A stretch of DNA of 32,000 nt from an uncultured bacterium (GCA_963699255.1 OY969425.1:180001-212000); one strand, 5' to 3'; numbered from the stretch's first letter, positions 5,854 to 15,189 are shown. Notes: generated by a model from the letters alone, not told the origin. Program-made: numbers and translations.

Positions 5854-8847
5854 ATGGTAATAAGTACCGATCAAATAAACCAGACAAAAAATTCAAACAA
5901 ATCCGAAGACTCCGATAATTCTGCTGTTGCCAAGGAACTGAGGAAGATAGAACAGCTTAAACGGCTTCAGCAGCAGCAAATGGACACGAAATCTTACGAC
6001 AAACTGATCAACGATGCAAAGCATCTTGAAACATTAAACAACGAGAAAGGATATCAGGCAAAACTACAGAAAGATCAGGGAATAAAGGTCCTCTCAAGAT
6101 TAGCAAAAGACCTGGCAGGCCTCGGGATAAACCTAACACCCAATTCGCTAAAAAAATCTTCGACCGGCAAGGTCAACGAGGAACTTGAAAATATATTCAA
6201 CAAGACGCTCTTTAAAGAAGACAAGAGTGAAATAACAAAGGAAGCCGTTAAGAGATCGCAGAACAAGGAAGAACAGCAGGGTGAACAGGAGCATCAATCG
6301 GAGAAAAGGGCGGATATCAAAAACCTGTTGAACTCTTTAGACGTGCAGGAAGCCGTTCAGCAGTATTCAAGCGCTTATGCGCAGGAAGCCCTTCAATCAA
6401 ACCCGCAGGCAAGAGAAAAGCTGGCGGAGGCGCAGGACAAGTTAATAAAGAAAGGTTTTTCCGAAAAGGATGTAGAAATACTCGAGAAATCCGTAAAGAG
6501 GTCATTGGACACTGAATTTGTTTCCAGGATCCAGGATAGCTTCATTCAGCAAATATTTTCTCCAAAGAACGCCTTTCAGCTTGTCGCGTCGGAAGAATCC
6601 GGCGGCCTTTTTGGAAAGGTCGTTGAAGAAGACGCCAATAAAATAAGGGACAACTTAACAAAAGAAAACATCAAGATAACGCAGAACGGGGAGGAGAAAA
6701 AATCGAAGCAGCTGGAGGATCAAGAGAAAAATGCGGATATCAACAGGCTGGCGAATTCTTCTGCCGCGAAAGAAGATATCCAGCAGTATTCGAACGCTTA
6801 TGCGCAGTATGCCGCTGCGTCATCCCCGGAAGCGAAAGAGAAGCTGGAGGACGTGCAGGACAGGTTAAGGCAGAAAGGCTTTTCCGAAAAGGACATTGAG
6901 ATACTTGAAAAGGCCGTAAAAAGATCTTTGAGCACCGATGGTGTCTCCAAGAATCAGGATGACCTTACCCAGCACATGTTCTCGCAAAAGAGCGTCTTTC
7001 AGGTCGGCCTGGAAACGGAAAGCCTTAATGGAATGTTCGAAAGGATCGGCAAGGAAAGCCGCTTGGAAGCGAAGGAAAACTCAACCAAAGAAGATGTCAG
7101 GCAAATGCAGGGCGGAGAGGAGAAAAAAACAAAGCAGCTGGAGGATCAGCAGAAAAAAACGGATATCAACAAGCCGTCAGACTCTTCTGCCGCGAAAGAC
7201 GTTGTCCAGCAGTATTCGAACGCATACGCACAGTTTGCCGCCGTGTCATCCCCGCAAGCCAGGGAAAATCTGGACTACGCGCAGAACAGGTTAAGAGAGA
7301 AAGGATTTTCTGAGAAAGACATCGTTGTACTCAATAAAGTCGTGAAGAGATCTTTGAATGCCGGGCACGCTCCCGAACTCCAGGACAAGGATGCATTTTC
7401 TCCGAAGAACGCTTTCCAGCTTATTGTGGCGTCAAAGGAGCTTGGCGGCATTTTTGAAAGGATCATCAAAGAAAATAACGATAAAGTGGAAGATAGATCA
7501 ACAAAGGGAGAGGGCAAAAGCGCCCATGGCTTGGATAGGAAAGGGAAGGAGCATGTTGGCTCCAGAGAAGATAAAGCGGACATAAAAAAGTCTGATAGCT
7601 CTTCCGATGTGAAAGAGGCTGTTCAGCAGTATTCGGCCGCTTTTGCGCAGAGTGCTGTCTCGGCATCCCCGGAAGCCAGGGAGAGACTGGACGATGCCAG
7701 GAACAAGCTGAAAAGCAAAGGCGTTTCCGAAAAGGACATTATTAGCATCGAAAGGACCGTAAAAAGATCTTTAAGAACGGACTATTCCTCCGAGATCAAG
7801 GACAGCCTTACAAAACACATGTTCTCTCCAAAGAACACTTTCGAGTTCGTTGTTACCTCAAGGCAGCTGAACAACGCGTTTGAGGGGGCGATCAAGGCTG
7901 AACAACTCTCGGGCGTGAGCGGCGACCAGCAGGTAGTGAACGATCAAATGGCGCGTGCCGGCGAAGCATCCCGCGAGGAAATTAAGGATTTCATAAAGGA
8001 CGCGGTTGAATCCAAACTTATGGAGCGCCACATTTCCAACAGGAACAACAGGAATGAGGTAAAAAAACTGGTTGATCTGGGCCATAAGGTAGGGTTCAAT
8101 TTCAATGAATTCCTCAAAACATGGGAGAGTAAAAAGTTCGATCTGGGCCTGTTCGTTCTTGAGATCGAAAACACGTACAAGGCGCAAAACACGGGTGAAA
8201 TTTCCATAGGGGAGGTCAGCACCGGCGGGGTGAAGGACAAGAACGGCTACGAGATGACGAAGGACGAAGAACGAGAGCTTTTGATCAACCAGCTGAGGGC
8301 GGAGCTCATGAAAAAAGCCATAACCGGGGATCCTTTCGCGGTGTTCAGTTTCGCTCCGAAGATAAGAAAGCTGAAGAACGGGCTCATAAAGCTGGGGCTT
8401 GAGACGGAAGCTTTTAACAAGATAGAGAAAGAAGCGAAAGCGCTTGCAAGGTACAGGACCCTGGAGATGCTTAAGGGCGCGTTCCTGGAGAGGTCGACCT
8501 ATTACGAACTTTCAGGCCCGGCATATAATCTGCTCAAGAACAAGCAAAAGGGCCTTGTTTCCAACCTTAAGAACCTTGACCTGGAATTCTCGAAAGAGGA
8601 GCTTAACATGTTAAGGGATGACGCGAACAGGCAGATGCACGACCACGCGATAATCGAGCTGAAATCCGCCGTGGCTATCCTTGCAAACGGGGATAATCCG
8701 ACACTTGAAGAGAAAGTTCCATTGATGATCAAGCTAATACAGCGTCTCAGGGAGGAATCAGATTTCAGCCACGGGGTGGGCGAAGATCTGGATGAAGTGA
8801 TATACAGGTATAATAACGGCCAAAAAGCGGTCAAGGAGCACGCCTAA
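5854..8847 (+). CDS. large hypothetical protein (997 aa) with four ~140-aa internal repeats
   Basis: SD is AGAGGAGAG. The protein is highly charged (K/E/Q-rich) with no signal peptide or TM segment. Repeats share QQYSxAYAQxAxxSxPxAxExLxxAQxxLxxKGFSEKDIxxLxKxVKRSL. Confidence 0.8.
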   Translation: MVISTDQINQTKNSNKSEDSDNSAVAKELRKIEQLKRLQQQQMDTKSYDKLINDAKHLETLNNEKGYQAKLQKDQGIKVLSRLAKDLAGLGINLTPNSLKKSSTGKVNEELENIFNKTLFKEDKSEITKEAVKRSQNKEEQQGEQEHQSEKRADIKNLLNSLDVQEAVQQYSSAYAQEALQSNPQAREKLAEAQDKLIKKGFSEKDVEILEKSVKRSLDTEFVSRIQDSFIQQIFSPKNAFQLVASEESGGLFGKVVEEDANKIRDNLTKENIKITQNGEEKKSKQLEDQEKNADINRLANSSAAKEDIQQYSNAYAQYAAASSPEAKEKLEDVQDRLRQKGFSEKDIEILEKAVKRSLSTDGVSKNQDDLTQHMFSQKSVFQVGLETESLNGMFERIGKESRLEAKENSTKEDVRQMQGGEEKKTKQLEDQQKKTDINKPSDSSAAKDVVQQYSNAYAQFAAVSSPQARENLDYAQNRLREKGFSEKDIVVLNKVVKRSLNAGHAPELQDKDAFSPKNAFQLIVASKELGGIFERIIKENNDKVEDRSTKGEGKSAHGLDRKGKEHVGSREDKADIKKSDSSSDVKEAVQQYSAAFAQSAVSASPEARERLDDARNKLKSKGVSEKDIISIERTVKRSLRTDYSSEIKDSLTKHMFSPKNTFEFVVTSRQLNNAFEGAIKAEQLSGVSGDQQVVNDQMARAGEASREEIKDFIKDAVESKLMERHISNRNNRNEVKKLVDLGHKVGFNFNEFLKTWESKKFDLGLFVLEIENTYKAQNTGEISIGEVSTGGVKDKNGYEMTKDEERELLINQLRAELMKKAITGDPFAVFSFAPKIRKLKNGLIKLGLETEAFNKIEKEAKALARYRTLEMLKGAFLERSTYYELSGPAYNLLKNKQKGLVSNLKNLDLEFSKEELNMLRDDANRQMHDHAIIELKSAVAILANGDNPTLEEKVPLMIKLIQRLREESDFSHGVGEDLDEVIYRYNNGQKAVKEHA
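6301..7900 (+). repeat. four tandem coding repeats of ~417-426 bp inside ORF 5854-8847
   Basis: Repeat starts (xADIxx) lie at about 6301, 6724, 7150 and 7567. Divergent at nucleotide level but clearly alignable at protein level. Confidence 0.8.
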
Positions 8848-8860
8848 AGCATGAAAAAGC

Positions 8861-8898
8861 ATGCAATTTTTGGCTGTTTTTTACGATATATATATAGG
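8861..8898 (+). promoter_or_regulatory. sigma-28-like promoter motif, copy 5
   Basis: ATGCAATTTT-tggctgtttttta-CGATATATATATAGG (13-nt spacer, G to T in the -35 block), 21 nt upstream of the ATG at 8919. Confidence 0.45.
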
Positions 8899-8918
8899 AA
8901 GGGGTAGGGGGAAATTAT

Positions 8919-10217
8919 ATGGCAGACCAGACTATAAATAATACACAACCGGCAAGACAGCCGATAAATCTGTTGCCGATGGCTCCTAGGGGCAAGAATG
9001 TTCAGGTCCAGTCTAATGAACAGTTATCCGGGAAGACAGAGCTTGCAACATCCTATATTGTGACTATTTCCACTGCCGCAAACAAAGAGCCCGAACAGGA
9101 AAATACTATTAAGGTCATAATTTCAAGCGTGGGAGGATGGTTTTCAAAAGCTGGAAAAACTATGGCAAATTGGGCGGGTGGCGCATGGGATGCGATCTCC
9201 GGCCTGTTTAACAAGGTAGGGAAGGCGGAAGAAGAAATAGATAAGGCACAAAGGGAAGGCGACAATAACAAGGCCGAGGAATTAGCAAAAGAATGCTTAA
9301 AGAACGATGTCGGAGCTGCAAATGTTGATGAAATGAGCGGGGAAGAAGCGATCGCGTTTGTAGAAAAGATCGATGATATCCACGAAAAAATGGATGCGGC
9401 AATAGTGGCTGTGAACAGGGGTGAGTTCACAAAGTTAAAGGTTGAACTTGAAAATATACTTGCTGAGCTTAAGGGTGTGAAGGAAAAGGCAAAAATTCCT
9501 GAGCAGGCTCAATTCAAAATAACTGCTGCTGTTAAAGTGTCCAACGAGGGAACCAATTTCTTTGTTGAAAAGATTAAAATAGAAGTTGAAGATATCAACA
9601 AGCAGGGCAGATCACCAGAGAGCGAGAAAAAAATAAATGAATTAAATAATCAATTGGTGGCAATAACTATGCCAGATCGATCCATAAAAGAAAGTTTGCT
9701 GGCCCTTCAGATATCTGCGGAAGCAATAGCCGGGATAGACGAAAATATCGGCAAAGCAGGGGAAGTTGCTGCAGAGATCATTCAGGTTGCTGCGGTAAAA
9801 GGATATAAGCTTGATAACTTCGCTCAACTTGCGAGCATAGCCGGGGTCGGGAGCGGAGATGCGGTTGAGAGCGATGAAGAAATCGGAGTTGTTGATGGTG
9901 CTCAGCTGGCAAGGAACTTTCATCCCATATCCAACGATCTTACGGAAAAGGTGGTCACGATGTTGCGCGAGAACAGAGAGGAACAGGACAGGCTTGATAA
10001 CAAGGCTTACGAAAAAAAAGAACTGGAAGTTCAAATGGAAAATAAGCAAGACGAAAAACAATATCTGGTAAAGATCGCTGAAAAAAGAAGGCAGCTTGGT
10101 AAATTACAAAAACAGCTGGAACAGATCATTAAGCCCGACCTGGCAGAGCAAGAAAAGATTAATAATATCATTGGCCAGATCATTGAAAATATCAATAAAC
10201 CCACGCCCTTAACTTAG
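8919..10217 (+). CDS. hypothetical protein (432 aa), no recognisable family
   Basis: G-rich SD (GGGGTAGGGGG). A Gly/Trp-rich amphipathic segment (GGWFSKAGKTMANWAGGAWDAISGLF) is followed by long charged helix-like regions. Confidence 0.7.
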   Translation: MADQTINNTQPARQPINLLPMAPRGKNVQVQSNEQLSGKTELATSYIVTISTAANKEPEQENTIKVIISSVGGWFSKAGKTMANWAGGAWDAISGLFNKVGKAEEEIDKAQREGDNNKAEELAKECLKNDVGAANVDEMSGEEAIAFVEKIDDIHEKMDAAIVAVNRGEFTKLKVELENILAELKGVKEKAKIPEQAQFKITAAVKVSNEGTNFFVEKIKIEVEDINKQGRSPESEKKINELNNQLVAITMPDRSIKESLLALQISAEAIAGIDENIGKAGEVAAEIIQVAAVKGYKLDNFAQLASIAGVGSGDAVESDEEIGVVDGAQLARNFHPISNDLTEKVVTMLRENREEQDRLDNKAYEKKELEVQMENKQDEKQYLVKIAEKRRQLGKLQKQLEQIIKPDLAEQEKINNIIGQIIENINKPTPLT

Positions 10218-10272
10218 CTTTAATAATACCCCGTTCCCTTTACAAGATGATGTGTAAATCTCGATGATCAGA

Positions 10273-11481
10273 TCAGGAGAATAGGCCCTCTAGGGCTGCC
10301 CAGTACATGGTGGCGTTTTGTATCGAAAATCTTTCCTTAACGGCATCATAAGCGTTCTGCCCGATCCGCTTTCTTAGATCGGGGTCCAGCAGTTTTTCCA
10401 GGTAAGTTCCCCATTCGCCCTGATGGGCAATGAACCCGGTTTTCCCGTGTTCAATATAATTCCCATAGACAATAGGGGAGCAAACAGACGGGACTTTCAT
10501 CGCGCTCATTTCTTCCCACTTGAGAGGCGATTTTCCGTAATTGAAAGCATCATCAGTTAAAGGGCATATGGCTATGTCTCCCGAAAGTTCTGTCAACGAT
10601 AAAGGATAGGTGTTTATGTCAGAGTGCCAGGGGGACCATGTAACCCTGTCACTTATTTCGTGGAATATCGCGGGAAAGTTCACACCCTGGAACACATATT
10701 CAACTTCCGGGTGCTTTTTCGCAAAAGATATCAATTCCTGTTTCACCATTGTAAGGTCAATGTAGTGGGATGCTCCTCCCTGCCATACTACTCTCAGTTT
10801 TCCGTCATTCTTTTTCTTCATCGGGAGGAACCTGTCAAAGTCCACAAGGTTTGGCAGGACAGTTATCCCGCCCTCGGGGCGATATTTCCTTAATTCATCC
10901 TTCAGCTGCGGGGTGGCCACTGTTATGAGGTCGACTTCTTGAATGATCTTTTGCACTGTCATTAGCGTCAATTGATTGGCTGCAATGTTAAACGTTTCCC
11001 GCGCGCCTCCCCACAAAAAAGTTCTGTGCTTATCTTTCCAAATGGAAACTGTCGCGGACCCGTCCGGATCCATGCGAAAAAGTTCTTTATCTCTCTCCTG
11101 GATCGTGGGCATCAGGATATCCACTTGTTGCTTGCTTAAATGCAGATTACCCACTTCTTTAGTGCCGAGCATGCAATATGAGGGGTTCCAGGGGCAAACA
11201 TTAAAAATGTCATCATCAAAATCCGCCACTACTTTTTGGGACTTTTCTCGCCCGCGCTTGATCGCCTTGAGTAATTTATAGTGATTCTGGGTGGTCGGAT
11301 AAGATTGAATAACTATATCAGCCTGCTTGATTTCATTAGCAAGCTGTTCTTTATCAGGATGATCCAGGTCATATATGGATATGTCTTTGCCTAGAATGTT
11401 CTTTAAATAGCCATATGGCTGTACTATGCGATAATATTCATGCGCTAAACTCTTATCTAATGATAAAGCAATGACTTTCAT
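10273..11481 (-). CDS. GT-B fold glycosyltransferase-like protein (paralog B)
   Basis: 402 aa. The C-terminal half (KSPLKWEEMSAMKVPSVCSPIVYGNYIEHGKTGFIA...RIGQNAYDAVKERFS) resembles the nucleotide-sugar-binding half of GT-B enzymes. The family is not assignable by eye. Its ATG overlaps the upstream stop (ATGA). Confidence 0.5.
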   Translation of the reverse strand: MKVIALSLDKSLAHEYYRIVQPYGYLKNILGKDISIYDLDHPDKEQLANEIKQADIVIQSYPTTQNHYKLLKAIKRGREKSQKVVADFDDDIFNVCPWNPSYCMLGTKEVGNLHLSKQQVDILMPTIQERDKELFRMDPDGSATVSIWKDKHRTFLWGGARETFNIAANQLTLMTVQKIIQEVDLITVATPQLKDELRKYRPEGGITVLPNLVDFDRFLPMKKKNDGKLRVVWQGGASHYIDLTMVKQELISFAKKHPEVEYVFQGVNFPAIFHEISDRVTWSPWHSDINTYPLSLTELSGDIAICPLTDDAFNYGKSPLKWEEMSAMKVPSVCSPIVYGNYIEHGKTGFIAHQGEWGTYLEKLLDPDLRKRIGQNAYDAVKERFSIQNATMYWAALEGLFS

Positions 11482-12689
11482 AATAAACTAATATCCTCAA
11501 GGGCCGCCCAGTACATAGCGGCGTTTTGTATCGAAAATCTTTCCTTAACGTCATCATAAGCATTTTGCCCGATCTGCCTTCTTAGATCAGGGTCCAGCAG
11601 TTTTTCCAGGCAAGTTCCCCATTCGCCCTGACGGGCAATGAACCCGGTCTTTCCATGTTCAATAAAGTTGCCGTAGACAATAGGGGAGCAAACAGACGGG
11701 ACTTTCATCGCGCTCATTTCTTCCCATTTGAGAGGGGACTTTCCGTAATTGAAAGCATCATCAGTTAAAGGGCATATCGCGATATCCCCTGCGAGTTCTG
11801 TCAACGATAAAGGATAGGTGTTAATGTCCGAGTGCCAGGGAAGCCAAGTAACCCTATCTGCAATTTCATGAAATATCGCCGGGAGCTTCGTACCCTGGAA
11901 CACATATTCAACTTCCGGATGCTTCCTGGCAAAAGAGATCAATTCCTGTTTCACCATTGTAAGGTCAAGATAGTGAGCTGACGGCCCCTGCCACACGATC
12001 CTCAGCTTCCCGTCGTTCTTTTTTTTCATCGGGAGGAACCTGCCAAAGTCCACAAGGTTTGGCAGGATGGTTATCCTGCCCTGGGGGCGATATTTCCTTA
12101 ATTCCTCAGCGAATTGCGGGGTAGCCGCTGTTATAAGGTCGACTTCCCGCATGATCTTTTTTATGGTCTCCAGCCTTGCCAGGTTCTCCGCGATGTCAAA
12201 CCTATCCCCATCTTCACCCCACAAGAACGATCTGTGCTTATCTTTCCACATGTAAGCGTTCGCCGATCCATCCGGGTTCATTTGAAACAGTTGTTTATCG
12301 TCTTCCCTGATCGAAGGCATCAGGTCGTCAACTTGTTTCCTGTCCAAATGTAGATTGCCCACCTCTTTGGTCCCAAGCAAGGCATAAGAGCAATGCCAGG
12401 GGCACACATTGAACGGGTCATCGTCAAAATCCGCAACGACTCTTTGCTTTTTATCTTTTCTGCCCATGATCGCTTTGATCAGCCTGTATTGATCATGCGT
12501 GTATGGCTCGTGGAAAACTACCACATCAGCCAGTTTAACCTCATTGCCAAGCTGTTCTTTATCAGGATGATCCAGGTCATATATGGATATGTCTTTGCCT
12601 AGAACGTTCTTAAGGTAGCCATAGGGTTGAAGTATCCGGTAAAATACTTTTGGCGAATTCTTTTCTATTAATAAAACAATTATCTTCAT
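11478..12689 (-). CDS. GT-B fold glycosyltransferase-like protein (paralog A)
   Basis: 403 aa, collinear with and highly similar to the downstream paralog, with long identical stretches in the C-terminal half. Confidence 0.5.
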   Translation of the reverse strand: MKIIVLLIEKNSPKVFYRILQPYGYLKNVLGKDISIYDLDHPDKEQLGNEVKLADVVVFHEPYTHDQYRLIKAIMGRKDKKQRVVADFDDDPFNVCPWHCSYALLGTKEVGNLHLDRKQVDDLMPSIREDDKQLFQMNPDGSANAYMWKDKHRSFLWGEDGDRFDIAENLARLETIKKIMREVDLITAATPQFAEELRKYRPQGRITILPNLVDFGRFLPMKKKNDGKLRIVWQGPSAHYLDLTMVKQELISFARKHPEVEYVFQGTKLPAIFHEIADRVTWLPWHSDINTYPLSLTELAGDIAICPLTDDAFNYGKSPLKWEEMSAMKVPSVCSPIVYGNFIEHGKTGFIARQGEWGTCLEKLLDPDLRRQIGQNAYDDVKERFSIQNAAMYWAALEDISLL

Positions 12690-12723
12690 GATAGATCGGT
12701 CATTTCCATGTTCCCACTTTCGG

Positions 12724-13359
12724 TCAATAATATCCCGTTCCTTTTATCCTTTTCTCGCCAAGATGCGCCGTGCTGTTCAGCAGCGTCACTATCGGGGCGT
12801 TGCCTATTTCAATGATATTGATGCAGGTATTGTCCTGCCTTATGCGCCAGAAATTGTTCAGGTCAATGTGCATATAATGGAAAAGAACTCCCCTGTTCAA
12901 TCCGCCGTGGCCGACAACGCAGAAGGTCTTTCCGCTGTGTTTTTCGATCAGAGATTCGATAGTCGTTACGCCCCGTTTTTGCATTTCCTCAAGGCTTTCT
13001 GCGTCCGGAATGAGCGTCTTTCCCGGGTCTATGAGCCAGCCTCCGTATAGGGCGGGATATTTTCTGCGGATCTCGTCGAATTTCATGTCTTCCCAGATGC
13101 CGTAATCGCGTTCTATTAGACCGGAGATCTTTGTGACATCCAGTCCGTGCGGTTTTGCGATGATCTTAGCCGTTTCGTATGACCGTGATAGCGTGGATGA
13201 ATATATCGCGGAGAAATCCTCTTTGGCCAGGAAATCCGAAAGCGCCTCCGATTCTTCTATGCCGAGCTCGCTTAGATGCGATTCTCCCTGTCCCTGGTAG
13301 CGCTGCTCAAGATTCGCCTGGGTCTCACCGTGGCGAAGGAGGAAAAGTCTAGTGGGCAT
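12724..13359 (-). CDS. histidine phosphatase (phosphoglycerate mutase-like) family protein
   Basis: The N-terminal RHGET catalytic motif (LFLLRHGETQANLEQRYQG) and a later GHGG block are typical of the GpmB/CobC-type family. Confidence 0.8.
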   Translation of the reverse strand: MPTRLFLLRHGETQANLEQRYQGQGESHLSELGIEESEALSDFLAKEDFSAIYSSTLSRSYETAKIIAKPHGLDVTKISGLIERDYGIWEDMKFDEIRRKYPALYGGWLIDPGKTLIPDAESLEEMQKRGVTTIESLIEKHSGKTFCVVGHGGLNRGVLFHYMHIDLNNFWRIRQDNTCINIIEIGNAPIVTLLNSTAHLGEKRIKGTGYY

Positions 13360-13372
13360 ATATCAACTCGCT

Positions 13373-15160
13373 TTATGATCCCTTTAGGATCCTTTTGTAC
13401 AACGCTTTGTGTTCCTGAAGGATCTCTTTTGGAAGGGTGTTGCCGAACATCTCAAAGAACCTCTTCTGGTCCTCGAGTTCCGCCAGCCACTCCTGCTTTT
13501 TTATCTCAAAAAGCTTCTTTAACGCGCCTTTTGCCATTTTTAAACCGGTCATATCCAGGTCTTTCAGGTTCGGAATATAGCCGATCGGCGTCTGGACGGC
13601 GTCAACCTTTGACCTGCAGCGGCCGATTATCCATTCAAGCACCCGGAGGTTCTCGCTGAATCCCGGCCAGAGGAAATTACCTTTCTCATCCATCCTGAAC
13701 CAGTTGACGTTGAATATCTTCGGAGGCCTGTTCATCAGTTTCCCCATCTTCAGCCAGTGGTGGAAATAATCAGCCATGTTATATCCGCAGAAAGGAAGCA
13801 TCGCCATAGGGTCGCGTCTCAGCTCACCCTGTTTGCCGTACTGCGCCGCGGTCCTCTCCGATGCCATTGTCGCGCCTATATATACGCCGTGCTGCCATGT
13901 CGTGGCTTCATAGACGAGCGGAGCAGTGGTCGCCCGCCTTCCGCCGAATATGATCGCGCTTATGGGCACTCCGTGATGGTGTTCGATCCTGTTCGTTATG
14001 GACGGGCATTGGGACAGGGGCGCGGTAAATCTGCTGTTGGGATTGGCGCCTCTTATCTGGTTCCCGCTTTCATCGATCATGCCCGGTTTCCATTGTTTCC
14101 CCGTCCAATCCGTTCCTTCGGACGGGACCGGCCCATCGGCACCTTCCCACCAAACGGTCTTGTCTTTTTTTAACAGTACGTTGGTGAATATGGTGTTTTT
14201 TTGTATCGTTGCTACGGCATTAGGGTTCGTCTTGCTGTTCGTTCCCGGCGCAACACCGAAAAATCCTGTCTCCGGATTTATGGCCCAAAGAGACCCGTCT
14301 GTATCTACTCGCATCCATGCTATATCATCGCCGACCGTCCATATCCTATATCCCTTCACCATCAAGCCTTTTGGCGGAATGAGCATGGCAAGATTTGTCT
14401 TTCCACAGGCGGAGGGGAAAGCGGCCGCGATGTATCCAATGTATCCGCTTGGGTCCTCTATCCCCATTATAAGCATGTGCTCGGCCATCCAGTTCTCTTC
14501 TTTTGCCATGTAGCTTGCTATCCTGAGCGCCAGGCACTTTTTTCCGAGAAGGACATTCCCTCCGTATCCGGAATTGACGCTCCAGATGGTGTTATCTTCC
14601 GGGAAGTGAAGGATCAATCTTTTGTTGATATCGAGCTCGGCTTTGCTGTGAAGACATTTCGTGAACTCCCCGTCGCTTCCCAGCTTGTCCAGTATTGATT
14701 TGTCGCACCGGCACATTATCAGCATGTTCAATACAACATAGATGCTGTCGGTAAGTTCGATCCCTATCTTGCTGAAGGGTGATCCGATCGGGCCCATTGA
14801 AAAGGGGATAACATACATTGTCCTTCCCTTCATCGATCCCCTGAAATAACTTTTTGCTTTCGCATAAGCGTCCTTCGGGGGCATCCAGTTGTTCGTCGGG
14901 CCGGCGTCTTCCCGTTTTTTTGTGCAGATGTAAGTTAAATGTTCCGTCCTTGCGACATCGTTCAGCGCGGTCCTGTGGTAAAGGGATCTCGGGAGTTTTT
15001 TCTGGTTAAGCTCGATTATCTCGCCGGTTGCGATAGCTTCTTTAGTGAGACGGTTTTTTTGTTCTTCCGAACCGTCCACCAAGACGATACGATCAGGCCG
15101 GCACAGCGCCGCCATCTGCCTCACCCATTGATCCAGTTTTTGATGCTTTGATCTGCTCAT
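13373..15160 (-). CDS. pckG: phosphoenolpyruvate carboxykinase (GTP)
   Basis: 595 aa with the kinase-1a loop FPSACGKTN plus other conserved GTP-PEPCK blocks (YGGNVLLGKKC, WMRVD). Confidence 0.92.
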   Translation of the reverse strand: MSRSKHQKLDQWVRQMAALCRPDRIVLVDGSEEQKNRLTKEAIATGEIIELNQKKLPRSLYHRTALNDVARTEHLTYICTKKREDAGPTNNWMPPKDAYAKAKSYFRGSMKGRTMYVIPFSMGPIGSPFSKIGIELTDSIYVVLNMLIMCRCDKSILDKLGSDGEFTKCLHSKAELDINKRLILHFPEDNTIWSVNSGYGGNVLLGKKCLALRIASYMAKEENWMAEHMLIMGIEDPSGYIGYIAAAFPSACGKTNLAMLIPPKGLMVKGYRIWTVGDDIAWMRVDTDGSLWAINPETGFFGVAPGTNSKTNPNAVATIQKNTIFTNVLLKKDKTVWWEGADGPVPSEGTDWTGKQWKPGMIDESGNQIRGANPNSRFTAPLSQCPSITNRIEHHHGVPISAIIFGGRRATTAPLVYEATTWQHGVYIGATMASERTAAQYGKQGELRRDPMAMLPFCGYNMADYFHHWLKMGKLMNRPPKIFNVNWFRMDEKGNFLWPGFSENLRVLEWIIGRCRSKVDAVQTPIGYIPNLKDLDMTGLKMAKGALKKLFEIKKQEWLAELEDQKRFFEMFGNTLPKEILQEHKALYKRILKGS

Positions 15161-15189
15161 AAGTTACAAACCTCCTGTTAATATTAAAT

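Noticed and set aside
6938-7294. 118-aa alternative-frame ORF (very Arg/Lys-rich) inside the 997-aa gene
   Set aside because: It is a by-product of the A/G-rich Lys/Glu codons of the main frame. It has no independent start signals.
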